A DNA stretch of 64,000 bases from a virus. Shown here one piece after another: positions 27,475 through 37,115 of the stretch; within the stretch, counting starts at the first letter, position 1, and each line of letters starts with the position of its first letter. Under the pieces are notes generated by a model. That model did not search any database and was not told the origin of the DNA. It saw only the letters and a program-made list of their open reading frames with translations. Where the stretch lies: the IMG/VR virus record IMGVR_UViG_3300021963_004241, positions 1-64,000 of that record; one strand, given 5' to 3'. The translations under genes and the position numbers were made by a program.

Positions 27475-28002
27475 TTATAGTTCTGGTTGTGCTGGTTGTA
27501 CAGGCATTGGTTTGCCTGTGCTACTCATCGCTGGTGCTGCTGGAGTACTTGGGGCTCCGAAACTTGCCGGCGTACTAGGTGTGCTTCCAAAGCCGCCTCC
27601 GCCAAAGCTACCTGAGGAGCTTGATGCTCCAAATCCACTTGGCGCAGCCGGTGCCGGGAAACTGCTTGGTGCTGCTGGAGGTACGCCAAAGCTTGCTGTT
27701 GGTGCTGGTTGTGCTCCGCCATTATTTGCTCCATTTAATTTTTCTTGTGTACGACCAAATGCCGCGATACCTAAAACGGCACCCATTGCGATGTGGAATA
27801 AACCAGCACCTTGTAAGGTTAGTGGATTCCATTGTGTAATTGGTGTATGAGTTACAGTTTGTAACAAACTCCATAAGATTGGAAATACTACCATGTCCAT
27901 TGTACAGACTAGCATATACATCCAGCCCATCATTGGACGCCACTTACTGTTCATCCAATCTTCTTTTTTCTTTTCGCTTTCGCTTTTAACATCTTCGCTC
28001 AT
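27475..28002 (-). CDS. Putative holin (GTA 3TM-holin-like) with a P/A/S/G-rich tail
   Basis: WRPMMGW plus TM segments and LGIAAFGRTQEK; lies in the lysis cassette. Confidence 0.7.
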   Translation of the reverse strand: MSEDVKSESEKKKEDWMNSKWRPMMGWMYMLVCTMDMVVFPILWSLLQTVTHTPITQWNPLTLQGAGLFHIAMGAVLGIAAFGRTQEKLNGANNGGAQPAPTASFGVPPAAPSSFPAPAAPSGFGASSSSGSFGGGGFGSTPSTPASFGAPSTPAAPAMSSTGKPMPVQPAQPEL

Positions 28003-28070
28003 AACCGCTCCTAAAATAATTTACTTCTTGGGATGTTTCCCGCCACAAATTGGGCATCCTTCGTCGTTAT

Positions 28071-28634
28071 TTAAAACCATAAGAATAATCCGTTTGCTGA
28101 TAATACCAACCCAACTCCTGCTACTCCGAAACTTGCCCAGAACATCGGCATACTTACTGCAAGAATACTTGCTGATAACACAACGATTGCTAGTTGATAT
28201 GCTGTTGAAGCATAACCGATCCAAGGACTAGATTTTTTGGCTAGCTCACGATCGGCCTCCATCTTACGTGCATTTACAGCAATTTCTTTCTTGTCGCTGT
28301 CCATGCGTTCTGCTTCTGCTTTAAATTCTGCTTTTAGTTTAGGATCGCTTGTTGTCTTTGATGCGATTTCATAACTAACTAAACGATTGTTCTTTGCTTG
28401 ATACTGTGCCCAAGCATTGTTAGCACCTAATGTATTGTTTAATACTGTGCTGGATAGCTTACCACCATACCAGCTGTTTACTGCTAAGAATAGTGCAAAC
28501 ACAGAAATAACCATTCCTGCTTTGTCTTTAATCTTTGCTTCACGCTCACTACGGCTACCTACTGGTGCTTTTGGCGCATCGGGATCTTTAGGTTCTTTGT
28601 TAATTAACTTTAGAACTGAATCTACTACACTCAT
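28071..28634 (-). CDS. DUF4337-like membrane protein
   Basis: TM - NNAWAQYQAK - coiled coil - 2 TM. Confidence 0.6.
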   Translation of the reverse strand: MSVVDSVLKLINKEPKDPDAPKAPVGSRSEREAKIKDKAGMVISVFALFLAVNSWYGGKLSSTVLNNTLGANNAWAQYQAKNNRLVSYEIASKTTSDPKLKAEFKAEAERMDSDKKEIAVNARKMEADRELAKKSSPWIGYASTAYQLAIVVLSASILAVSMPMFWASFGVAGVGLVLSANGLFLWF

Positions 28635-28655
28635 CTAACGCTCCTTTATATGCTA

Positions 28656-28922
28656 TTATTTAATTGAATCGTAAATTTTTTTGTTTTCTTGGTACCACTC
28701 TTGCCAAGCTTCTACTTTGACTTTACAGCCGTGATATTTGCTGTAATTTCTAATAACCACTTCTGCTGTGGTACTTAATTGCTTTGTATCTTTTGGAATT
28801 TTTTCTAAATCTGGGCAAGCTTCCAATAATTCTGCAGGAACTTCTGGAAACTTTGGAACCACTGGAGCAGTAGTAGAACAACCGATTAAAAATGCACTAA
28901 GGAACAATGCTAGGTATTTCAT
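28656..28922 (-). CDS. o-spanin (Rz1-like lipoprotein)
   Basis: Lipobox LIGC, Pro-rich, extra Cys residues; follows the i-spanin. Confidence 0.8.
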   Translation of the reverse strand: MKYLALFLSAFLIGCSTTAPVVPKFPEVPAELLEACPDLEKIPKDTKQLSTTAEVVIRNYSKYHGCKVKVEAWQEWYQENKKIYDSIK

Positions 28923-29386
28923 TTAGCACCTCCCTTGGTAGGATCATCCGCAGCGTTGTTTAGTGCGTCAACGACCCTTGGATCTACTTCGCATTTAGCA
29001 TCGACTTCTTTTGCTATTTCTTTTATACGGTCAACGTATACTGTTTCTTTTTCTTTGATCACTTTAGTTTTGTAAACTATTTTTTCTTTGATCACTTCGT
29101 TAACCTGTTGGCTTTTTTGCTCTGCTACTTTTAGTTGTTCTTCTAACTGCCTTACTTTATCTCGCCAGCTCATTTCAACACCATAGCCACCAAACAAATA
29201 AGTGCCAAACAGCAGAACTACAATACCAATCAATTCTGCAGGCAATTTGTATCGCCCCATTAAAGGAATCCACTGAACTAGTTTACTGGCTGTGTATAAA
29301 CCAAACCCAATAAACATTAGGATGTACGTAACCCAGATAAAAATGCTATCTGGAATTAAACTAAGCATCCACTGGAATTGCCACAT
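28919..29386 (-). CDS. i-spanin (Rz-like)
   Basis: N-terminal TMs plus a periplasmic coiled coil; follows the endolysin. Confidence 0.75.
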   Translation of the reverse strand: MWQFQWMLSLIPDSIFIWVTYILMFIGFGLYTASKLVQWIPLMGRYKLPAELIGIVVLLFGTYLFGGYGVEMSWRDKVRQLEEQLKVAEQKSQQVNEVIKEKIVYKTKVIKEKETVYVDRIKEIAKEVDAKCEVDPRVVDALNNAADDPTKGGAK

Positions 29387-29388
29387 TT

Positions 29389-30018
29389 TTAATGAGCTCC
29401 GAATACGTGAAGTGCGTGTTCGTAGTGTTTGATTCTATCTTCTAGGCCGATATATCCACCGTTGATTTTTCTAGTCATTGTTTTAATATCACCGGCATCT
29501 GCTTCTTTGTTAAGATTATTTTGTTCCCAGAAGAAACAAGCACTTTGTACAGCACCTTCGAATGTTTGCAAATATTCAGAACATTCTTCTAAATCGATTC
29601 CTAAAGATCCCGCAAAGAATGTATAATTGTTTTTACCAGTTAACTGAATTAATCCACGTCCACAGAAACGCCAACCGTCTCCACTTTCTTCAGGACCGTT
29701 TCCCATTCGATTTGCGTAAACTCTATTGGCAATTTTTTCAGGCTTATTTGCATAGGAAGCAGCAGTCCCAGCATCTGGAAAATACTTAGGAAATACTCTT
29801 TGTAAACTAGCTGCCTTATAGTTTAAGTTTTCTTTTAAGAATTTAAATCCGCCGCTTTCGTGTGCGCATTGTGCTAGGAAAGCTGCAACTCTATGTGGAG
29901 TATCGATTCCATACTCTGGAAGAATTTCGTTTAATGCATCATACCAGTGATCCAGATACGGATTTCCTGGAATAAGTTGTGCTAACTGACTTTTTGTAAA
30001 TTCAAATGTAAAGCTCAT
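29389..30018 (-). CDS. GH19 endolysin
   Basis: FLAQCAHESGGF, ENLNY, GRGLIQLTGKNNY, INGG. Confidence 0.93.
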   Translation of the reverse strand: MSFTFEFTKSQLAQLIPGNPYLDHWYDALNEILPEYGIDTPHRVAAFLAQCAHESGGFKFLKENLNYKAASLQRVFPKYFPDAGTAASYANKPEKIANRVYANRMGNGPEESGDGWRFCGRGLIQLTGKNNYTFFAGSLGIDLEECSEYLQTFEGAVQSACFFWEQNNLNKEADAGDIKTMTRKINGGYIGLEDRIKHYEHALHVFGAH

Positions 30019-30782
30019 TATAGTATCCTTTCAATTACCAATGATTGGTTTTTATTTGTTAGATGGAATTTATTTCCTATCTTGGTAATACCATAGTCAC
30101 CTAAAACTTTAGTAAGCCAGAATACTTCGCTCATGCTCCCGGTGTCTACTTGTATTCGATCTTCTGTGTTTTCTAAAATATTTTTATCGGCAGTATCGTG
30201 TATTTTGAATTTTAATTGTTGATTAAATGGTTTTTTAATTGTTATGATGTTATCATTTAATTCCAAATCATCCATTAGAGTTTTACTGAAAAAACTCTTG
30301 ATTTCGTTTGTTTTGACACGCAAAATATGTTGAGCATATTTTTGCCTATCATCAGGAACTACAGATAATGTTTCTTCTGATAAAGACATTTCATCACTGT
30401 TCTGATAATATTTAAATTTCCATTCTTTTATGCCTGTGAGCCTTTGTACTCCGCTGATAATTTCTTGTATATAATTTTTAAGATCTGGACGTCTCGGCAA
30501 CTCAACAAAAACGGTATACTCACCTTTTTCGTTTTCCCCAGAACTAACATCGGCATCCAGGACATACTCATAGCCTTTTTCGATAAATTCCATCATGTCT
30601 CTTGCTGGATTTCTATCTTTAACATTGAAGCTGATCACGCAGACATCTTCATCTTCCCCCATTTTTGATCTGTAGGTATCGATGTTGAAAATTGAATCTA
30701 CTAGATTTTCTAAATCTAAAGATCTCAAACCTTCTGAAAGTAATTTATTGTGCTGGTTGCTGTTCTGCTTCTGGTTGTTCAT
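30018..30782 (-). CDS. Hypothetical phage protein
   Basis: ORF track. Confidence 0.7.
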   Translation of the reverse strand: MNNQKQNSNQHNKLLSEGLRSLDLENLVDSIFNIDTYRSKMGEDEDVCVISFNVKDRNPARDMMEFIEKGYEYVLDADVSSGENEKGEYTVFVELPRRPDLKNYIQEIISGVQRLTGIKEWKFKYYQNSDEMSLSEETLSVVPDDRQKYAQHILRVKTNEIKSFFSKTLMDDLELNDNIITIKKPFNQQLKFKIHDTADKNILENTEDRIQVDTGSMSEVFWLTKVLGDYGITKIGNKFHLTNKNQSLVIERIL

Positions 30783-31293
30783 TTGAAATATCCTGTACTT
30801 GTGCCTCTACTGCATCTTGTTGCATGTTGACTACTGATCGTTGATCTAGCATGTCTTTGACTTTATTCTTGTCTAATGCGTGATAACCTTTGTCGATATC
30901 GTGCATTAATTTTTTAGGCATTTCGATATTAACCAGCCAGACTGGATGATGATCTATCTTTCCCTTTCTAGTGCCAGGGCGGATATCATCGGGAGTTTCG
31001 ATTTTTCTTACTCTTGAAACTTCTGTTTCTTGATATGTAACATTGCAGCCGTAATCTGTAAGTCTGATCGCTGCTCTAGGATCGGGCATCTTTTTTAAAG
31101 GCCACATTAATGTGCATTTAACCCAATATCTAGATTCTTCAGGACCTTTTACAACTTCGCCATCGATCCAGTTTTCAAAGACGTAGCAATCTAGCTCGTC
31201 TATAACACGCTCGAAGTCTTTGAGTAATTTTAGGCTGTTATTTGACCCGTATATATTTTCTACGTTTCTAATGACGTCTTTGATATCTAGCAT
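30745..31293 (-). CDS. Hypothetical phage protein
   Basis: TAAATA and an AGGAG SD upstream. Confidence 0.7.
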   Translation of the reverse strand: MLDIKDVIRNVENIYGSNNSLKLLKDFERVIDELDCYVFENWIDGEVVKGPEESRYWVKCTLMWPLKKMPDPRAAIRLTDYGCNVTYQETEVSRVRKIETPDDIRPGTRKGKIDHHPVWLVNIEMPKKLMHDIDKGYHALDKNKVKDMLDQRSVVNMQQDAVEAQVQDISNEQPEAEQQPAQ

Positions 31294-31371
31294 AGTATTC
31301 TCCTAATGTATTTATCGAATCAAAAAAGTTATAATAACTTATAATTTTTTCAATTTGGGTTTAAATACTGT

Positions 31372-31417
31372 TGTGTTCGGACACGGACACAGCGGCTAAA
31401 GGTCCGTGCCTAACACA
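31372..31417 (+). promoter_or_regulatory. Stem-loop in the phoH leader
   Basis: TGTGTT/AACACA and CACGGAC/GTCCGTG helices between TAAATA (31362) and AGGAGG (31423). Confidence 0.6.
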
Positions 31418-31435
31418 TTGATAGGAGGCTATCCT

Positions 31436-32167
31436 TTGAGGAAACAAAGAAAATCCGCAAGAAATCTGGTAGAAAAACCAGTTGATAACGTAGTACAAAT
31501 AAATAAATTCCTTCCAAAAAAGAAAACTAGGGTGCTTATATATCCTAAGAATCTTAATCAAGAAAACTATCTTTTAAAACTTCAAGAAGCTCAAAAACAC
31601 ATAGTTTTTGCTATAGGCCCAGCGGGCACTGGTAAAACTATGCTGGCCTGCCAGTGGGCTGTTAAGATGTTTCAGGATGGGGAAATTGAAAAGATTGTGG
31701 TAACAAGACCTGCTGTTTCGGTAGATGAGCAGCACGGATTCTTGCCAGGAACTCTACAACAAAAAATGGAGCCCTGGACTCGCCCTATTTTTGATGTTTT
31801 TGAGGAATATTATTATGCCAGAGAAATCGAGGAAATGGTCAGAGAGGGGGTGATAGAGATCAGTCCACTGGCATACATGAGGGGACGCACATTCAAGAGA
31901 AGCTTTATTATTGCTGATGAGATGCAGAACGCAACTCCGAGCCAAATGAAAATGCTACTGACTAGATTAGGGGAGGGGTCTAGGATGGTAGTAACAGGAG
32001 ATCTAAATCAAGCAGATAGACCTAGCAATAACGGTCTATTAGAGTTCTTAAATCTATATAAGGAATTTAAAAATCACAAATACGTAGACATCTGTCAGTT
32101 TGATCTGAGAGATGTAGAAAGACACGAAGCTGTGAAGGAGATATTAAAGATTTACAAAGATTCTTGA
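31436..32167 (+). CDS. phoH: PhoH-family ATPase
   Basis: GPAGTGKT, GFLPG, MRGRTF, DEMQN, GDLNQAD. TTG start after AGGAGG. Confidence 0.95.
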   Translation: MRKQRKSARNLVEKPVDNVVQINKFLPKKKTRVLIYPKNLNQENYLLKLQEAQKHIVFAIGPAGTGKTMLACQWAVKMFQDGEIEKIVVTRPAVSVDEQHGFLPGTLQQKMEPWTRPIFDVFEEYYYAREIEEMVREGVIEISPLAYMRGRTFKRSFIIADEMQNATPSQMKMLLTRLGEGSRMVVTGDLNQADRPSNNGLLEFLNLYKEFKNHKYVDICQFDLRDVERHEAVKEILKIYKDS

Positions 32168-32400
32168 GGTAAGTGGGGGGTAAGTTTATCCCCCAATAAC
32201 CTTTTATAAAACTCTAGCATATCATCAAAGTTAGCATCAGGATTAAGACCGTTTTTAATTACAGTCTTTTCCTTGAAGTCTAGTATTACTTTGGCAGTCT
32301 GTATATGCTTAGATTTTAAACTATTTTTAAATTCAGTTATTTCGTCCCACTTGCCAGTTGGCTTTTTGTAGTAGGTGACGATCATGTATCTTTCACTCAT
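32152..32400 (-). CDS. Hypothetical protein
   Basis: ORF track. Confidence 0.6.
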   Translation of the reverse strand: MSERYMIVTYYKKPTGKWDEITEFKNSLKSKHIQTAKVILDFKEKTVIKNGLNPDANFDDMLEFYKRLLGDKLTPHLPQESL

Positions 32401-32914
32401 TTATTTTCTTAACCTCTACTCCTGATTTCGTAAGGAAATCGATGCCTGCATTATCTCGATAATCCTCAGCGTAAAATACGCGGCGAATGCCAGACTGAAA
32501 GATAAGTTTAGCGCATTCCATGCAAGGGCTATGAGTGACGAACATGTCAGCACCGAGGCCAGAATTATTAGACTTAGCCAACTTAGCGATCGCGTTTGAT
32601 TCTGCATGTAATACCTCCGGTTTAGTTTTGAGAGCATATCGTCTCCATATATTAGAATCTTTTGGAAGTTGCTGTTCACAATAGGGCCAGCGTTCTTCTA
32701 TTTCATCAGGATTTAACCAGCCGCCGGCATCGCTAGACATATAGTCTTTATCTTCGCAGTTGTTATCCCATCCCGCGGGCATACCGTTGTAGCCATAACT
32801 GATCACCGTATCGTCTTTAACAACAACAGCACCTACGTTTAATCTTACAGCGTGACTTAACTGAGCTGCTCTTTTAGCCCAATCCATGTAAAGACTTACA
32901 AACTTTTCTTTCAT
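32393..32914 (-). CDS. dCMP deaminase
   Basis: GYNG, HAESNA, PCMEC. Confidence 0.92.
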   Translation of the reverse strand: MKEKFVSLYMDWAKRAAQLSHAVRLNVGAVVVKDDTVISYGYNGMPAGWDNNCEDKDYMSSDAGGWLNPDEIEERWPYCEQQLPKDSNIWRRYALKTKPEVLHAESNAIAKLAKSNNSGLGADMFVTHSPCMECAKLIFQSGIRRVFYAEDYRDNAGIDFLTKSGVEVKKINE

Positions 32915-33828
32915 TGCATCCTTGAAAGTTTTACCATTGTAGCTGAAAGATTGATTTCGGGATCTACAACAAAGTAGTGATCTACCAATCCTTGTTTAAT
33001 TATTAGGATAGCAGAATCTTGTTTGTATTCGTCTCCGAAGATGCTAACGTTATCATACAGCCAACGATACACATCTACCATTTCTTCTGCACGTAGTTTC
33101 CCGCACAGCATCTTTCTTGCTTCGAGGATTTTTCCTGCCTTAAACAACTCAACCATTTCAAACTTCCACTCTAGTTCGCCAGCATCTGCTTTGTTAGGCT
33201 CAACTAATTGCCCGTCTGCGATATTCTGTTGTACGAAGTTAATACATTTCCTTAAATCTGGATAAGTTGCTGATACATATTCGTCTAACGTTTCGAGATT
33301 GAACTCAACTTCTTCTGTGACAAGGATAGTAGCAACTCTAGCTGTAAACTCTGTTTTATCAATCTTTGTGAAGTTAAAGGTTTGACAGCGACTGTGGATA
33401 GCGTCCATAATCATCCAGGGTTTATTACAGGTTAAAATGAATCTAGCAGTTTCGTGATATTCTTCCATTACGCCGCGAAGTGCTCCTTGTGCGTTGTGTG
33501 AAAGATAATCAGCCTCGTCAAGTAAAACCACCTTGAAAGGACCAAACGGAATCATCTGCACAAAGTTAGTGATCTTGTCACGAACGTCTTCAACAGAGTT
33601 AGTACGACTTGCGTTAATTTCTAAAACATCATAGTCTTCAATGCCAATCTCATTGATCAGCATCTTAGCCATTGTAGTCTTACCAATGCCAGGACTACCT
33701 GATAGTAGTAGATGAGGAATACTTTTGTCTTTGACCCAGGTTTCTACTTGTTTTCTTTGACCTTCGTCACGCCATACGTATTCTTCTAATTTTTTAGGAC
33801 GATATTTTTCAACCCATAGTGTTTTCAT
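32911..33828 (-). CDS. Clamp loader / RFC small subunit (gp44-like)
   Basis: WVEKYRP, GSPGIGKT, LDEAD, SRC. Confidence 0.93.
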   Translation of the reverse strand: MKTLWVEKYRPKKLEEYVWRDEGQRKQVETWVKDKSIPHLLLSGSPGIGKTTMAKMLINEIGIEDYDVLEINASRTNSVEDVRDKITNFVQMIPFGPFKVVLLDEADYLSHNAQGALRGVMEEYHETARFILTCNKPWMIMDAIHSRCQTFNFTKIDKTEFTARVATILVTEEVEFNLETLDEYVSATYPDLRKCINFVQQNIADGQLVEPNKADAGELEWKFEMVELFKAGKILEARKMLCGKLRAEEMVDVYRWLYDNVSIFGDEYKQDSAILIIKQGLVDHYFVVDPEINLSATMVKLSRMQ

Positions 33829-33991
33829 TTTTATTTGCCTGTTCTCTATGATAATTTGTTGCTATGACATGGAGGTCATCGGCACAACGTCTAAGGTTGT
33901 CGCTTATTTCGATTCGTCCACATTCCTGTTCTATCTGGCTAGCGATATGATGTAGTTCTATTACTAGCTCAGATAATCTTGCATTTTTCAT
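33809..33991 (-). CDS. Hypothetical protein
   Basis: ORF track. Confidence 0.5.
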   Translation of the reverse strand: MKNARLSELVIELHHIASQIEQECGRIEISDNLRRCADDLHVIATNYHREQANKNENTMG

Positions 33992-34194
33992 TATAGTTTT
34001 TCTCCGCAGCTAGGACATTCATAATCGACGAGATCTTCATCTAATAATCCTTCGTCGGTGGTGCCGATCCAACCGCAAGATCCGCATTCTATTTTAGTCT
34101 CTTCTGTTTTCTTGCTAAAAATATTATCCCAATTATTATCGAAGGTTTCTTGATCGACACTAAACGGGCGAGGCCTTGATCCCTTACCGCTCAT
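33991..34194 (-). CDS. Small zinc-ribbon protein
   Basis: CGSC...CPSC. Confidence 0.65.
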   Translation of the reverse strand: MSGKGSRPRPFSVDQETFDNNWDNIFSKKTEETKIECGSCGWIGTTDEGLLDEDLVDYECPSCGEKL

Positions 34195-34624
34195 TTTTTA
34201 ATCCTTTATTAACTTCGGCAGCGATAACACGCTGGCGTAGTTCACTGGTCGAGAAGTTGTGTTCGCGTTTGTTAAAATAAAACTCGATGCCTCGTTCGAT
34301 GCATTCCCGGCGACCTGTAAAATCTTCGTTTTCGTATTCTTGTCCTAGTATTCTAACATTAATAGGATAAGAAAGTAAAATGTTGACGAGATCTTGTTCA
34401 GTTTCATAAACAAGGATTTCGTCTACGTATTTGCAGGCTTTTAGTTGTTCGTATCTTTCAAATATACTTTGAACTGGTTTATTTTTAATCCCAGGGCGGT
34501 CGATAGTAGGATCTGTTTGAAGACCTACGATCAAATAGTCGCATTTAGTCTTTGCTTCTTTAAGCATCATTATATGACCTGCGTGAAACAGATCAAACGT
34601 TGAACAAGTAAAACCTATTTTCAT
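34184..34624 (-). CDS. Cytidylyltransferase (TagD-like)
   Basis: TFDLFHAGH, FSTSELR. Confidence 0.9.
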   Translation of the reverse strand: MKIGFTCSTFDLFHAGHIMMLKEAKTKCDYLIVGLQTDPTIDRPGIKNKPVQSIFERYEQLKACKYVDEILVYETEQDLVNILLSYPINVRILGQEYENEDFTGRRECIERGIEFYFNKREHNFSTSELRQRVIAAEVNKGLKNER

Positions 34625-35406
34625 TTTCTTCTATGTTTTTTATTAATTGATTCAACTCGATCTAACAATTCAAAGTCTGCATTTAGATCGATTGCTTCCA
34701 TTATTATAGCAGCAACATCTTTAGGAAAGCAAGCACCTCCCCAACCGTATTGACCGTCATTACCCGGAACCTGCATGTGTGTATAACCGATGCGGTCGTC
34801 CCAAATTGCCAATTCAGTTAATTTACTAAATTCGATTCCTTCTGCATCTGCTAGGTTTTTAAAATCATTCATAAAAGTTACTTTGGTAGCAAGGTAACTA
34901 TTCATCATGTATTTGTACAAGGCCGCAGTTTTGATGTCAGTTATTAAAAACTTTTGATGCACTAACGGAACACCGTGATGTATAATATCTCTAGCCTTTT
35001 CGCACCAATCCTTATTTCCGCCTAATACAAAGTAGTTGGCATTTTGATAGTCAGCTACATTATTGACTGCTGTTAAAAATTCTGGACAATGTACTATGTT
35101 AGGATACTCTTTTTGTAATCTCTCGTAAACGCTTGGAGTAGCAGTTGTTTTGCAAATGATTGGGATTGGTTTGTCAATAATAGCAAACAGTAATTCTTTT
35201 AAAGTTTGTTCTAACAAAGAAGAATCGCAATGGCCGTCATCTGTTGAAGGGCTAGGGACACAAACAAACACAGCATCGAGATCTACAAATTTTTCATAGC
35301 CGGCGCTGTTTTCTAACTTAGGATCGCGTATAAGAATATCGTCGTAACGATGTGCCCAAGCAATAGCTTGGCCGACAAAACCGAAACCTATAATACCAAT
35401 ACGCAT
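34621..35406 (-). CDS. UDP-glucose/GDP-mannose dehydrogenase family, short form
   Basis: GFGFVG, CVPSP, PEFL, GGACFPKD. Lacks the C-terminal domain. Confidence 0.85.
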   Translation of the reverse strand: MRIGIIGFGFVGQAIAWAHRYDDILIRDPKLENSAGYEKFVDLDAVFVCVPSPSTDDGHCDSSLLEQTLKELLFAIIDKPIPIICKTTATPSVYERLQKEYPNIVHCPEFLTAVNNVADYQNANYFVLGGNKDWCEKARDIIHHGVPLVHQKFLITDIKTAALYKYMMNSYLATKVTFMNDFKNLADAEGIEFSKLTELAIWDDRIGYTHMQVPGNDGQYGWGGACFPKDVAAIIMEAIDLNADFELLDRVESINKKHRRK

Positions 35407-35415
35407 CTGATCCTT

Positions 35416-35655
35416 TCAGGATTTAAGTATTTTAATTATACGTTTCTTTTCTTGTTCTGTCAACCAGTCTTGCTCTATGCTTCCAAAATCTGGGGCATCG
35501 TTAAGGGATTTATCTATTATCTCTTTGATAATATAGAGATCTTTTTTCAATTCAAAAGCTGTAAACCCATCATTGTAAGGACTAGAACATTCTCTGGAAA
35601 TAGAATGTATCTGGTTTACAATATCGCTTACGTCCCAGCTTTTCTTGAAACCCAT
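35416..35655 (-). CDS. Hypothetical protein
   Basis: ORF track. Confidence 0.6.
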   Translation of the reverse strand: MGFKKSWDVSDIVNQIHSISRECSSPYNDGFTAFELKKDLYIIKEIIDKSLNDAPDFGSIEQDWLTEQEKKRIIKILKS

Positions 35656-35656
35656 T

Positions 35657-36016
35657 TTATTTTTTTAAGAATGGTACTAGATTAGGCGCAGTCCAACCGA
35701 GAGGTTTTAAAACTTTACCATCTTCACGTTTACGAACTTTGCCAGTTTCGCTATCTATTTTGGCAAAGTTAGATCGCATAACTTCCTTCCAAGCTCCCTC
35801 TGCGTCAAATCCTGCAGAATGAATAGCACCGATAGTTACTACTAAAATATCAATAAGGGCATCTAATTCTGCTTCCATGTCGTGAGCTTCTTGCAATTCA
35901 CGGAACTCTTCTTCGATTAACTTCTTATACATTGCGTATTGAGGATCATTCATCGCATCAACTGATTGATCACACGCCCGCATGAACTTTTCTTGATCCC
36001 GAAACGGATTCGTCAT
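35657..36016 (-). CDS. MazG-like/PRA-PH NTP pyrophosphohydrolase
   Basis: EEEFREL...LDALIDILVV...SNFAK...REDGKVLKP. Confidence 0.85.
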   Translation of the reverse strand: MTNPFRDQEKFMRACDQSVDAMNDPQYAMYKKLIEEEFRELQEAHDMEAELDALIDILVVTIGAIHSAGFDAEGAWKEVMRSNFAKIDSETGKVRKREDGKVLKPLGWTAPNLVPFLKK

Positions 36017-36405
36017 TTGTTCTCCAATCGATATGCTTCGTTTACACTAGGGGCAGTAACAGCATCGCCGATGCTAACACCACTTGGTTTTTCTTTAGAC
36101 CACATTAGAATACAGTTATTGTCCACCATTCTAATAGTAATAGGCTCTAGATCATCATTTTCTGAGTACTCAATTCCTCGAGTCCATCGTCCGTGTTCTA
36201 CTAAGATCCAGTCGCCGACTGTAAATTCTTCATTGTGCTCTGGACCTACAGCGTACACTTGACCCCAGCGAGGATAGATTCCTCGATCTTTACCGTCGTC
36301 ACCTAAAATAACGATTCCGCCGCTTGATCTTTGCTCGCCAAAATGCATATTGTAGACAATAACCTTATCTCTCAAAGGTGTTAATTTGCCTTTTACTGTT
36401 GCCAT
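36013..36405 (-). CDS. GroES-like co-chaperonin
   Basis: PLRDKVIV...SSGGIVI...VYAVGP...VGD. Confidence 0.8.
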   Translation of the reverse strand: MATVKGKLTPLRDKVIVYNMHFGEQRSSGGIVILGDDGKDRGIYPRWGQVYAVGPEHNEEFTVGDWILVEHGRWTRGIEYSENDDLEPITIRMVDNNCILMWSKEKPSGVSIGDAVTAPSVNEAYRLENK

Positions 36406-36406
36406 T

Positions 36407-36634
36407 TTAACCTTTCTTTCTATCTGCTAATTCTTCTGTAACTGCTCTTGGATTATTAGCATAATAGTCTGCTAGGATTTGTTCTCTAGTTCGAACAATT
36501 TCGCCACCTGGACCTAGTTCGTCTCCTCTAGCGTTGACCTTCATGTTTCCTACAGCAGGAGTTAGTTCGTGACGTAGAGACAGCTTCTCCATGTCAATTT
36601 CTTTACCTTGCATACTTGTATATGTTGTTCCCAT
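36407..36634 (-). CDS. Hypothetical protein
   Basis: AVGNMKVNARGDELGPGG. Confidence 0.65.
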   Translation of the reverse strand: MGTTYTSMQGKEIDMEKLSLRHELTPAVGNMKVNARGDELGPGGEIVRTREQILADYYANNPRAVTEELADRKKG

Positions 36635-36635
36635 T

Positions 36636-37115
36636 TTATTCTCCTTTAAAGAATTCTCCTATGGGGAGATTGTATTTAATACTGTCGATCTTATGGACCC
36701 CGATCAAATAGAGTACGTAACTGGCTACACTACTGCCGCGTCCTACACCCCAAACGATATTATTGGCTCTTAACGTATCTACAACAAATTTCATAGTTTT
36801 AAGAACAGGAATCATATCGTATTTTTTGAAGAGCTTTAATTCTTCTCCTACACGAAATACTTTGTTTTCATGCTCAGGATCTACTTGTTTCCAAATCCAG
36901 TCTTCAATATCTAACTCTTGGTATTCCTGAGGAATGAACCAATCTGTTTTATTCACTGTAGTTGGAGGTATTGGATAATGCAGATGTTCTTGATGTATTC
37001 GATCTATATATTGCGTCAAATCGTCAGAACAAATGCAGTTTTCTAAAATTTCTGGTCCAAATTTTAGAACACCTGCAATAAGATCTTCAGTTGAGTTTTC
37101 TGTTTTAATCGACAT
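36636..37115 (-). CDS. Stand-alone fragment of the DNA polymerase III alpha (DnaE) palm region
   Basis: NIVWGVGRGSSVASYVLYLIGVHKIDSIKYNL; ends before the PDID catalytic motif. Confidence 0.75.
   Translation of the reverse strand: MSIKTENSTEDLIAGVLKFGPEILENCICSDDLTQYIDRIHQEHLHYPIPPTTVNKTDWFIPQEYQELDIEDWIWKQVDPEHENKVFRVGEELKLFKKYDMIPVLKTMKFVVDTLRANNIVWGVGRGSSVASYVLYLIGVHKIDSIKYNLPIGEFFKGE

Noticed and set aside
27475-27730. Repetitive GCT/GGT-rich DNA
   Set aside because: Codes for the P/A/S/G low-complexity holin tail; not a CRISPR or tandem array.
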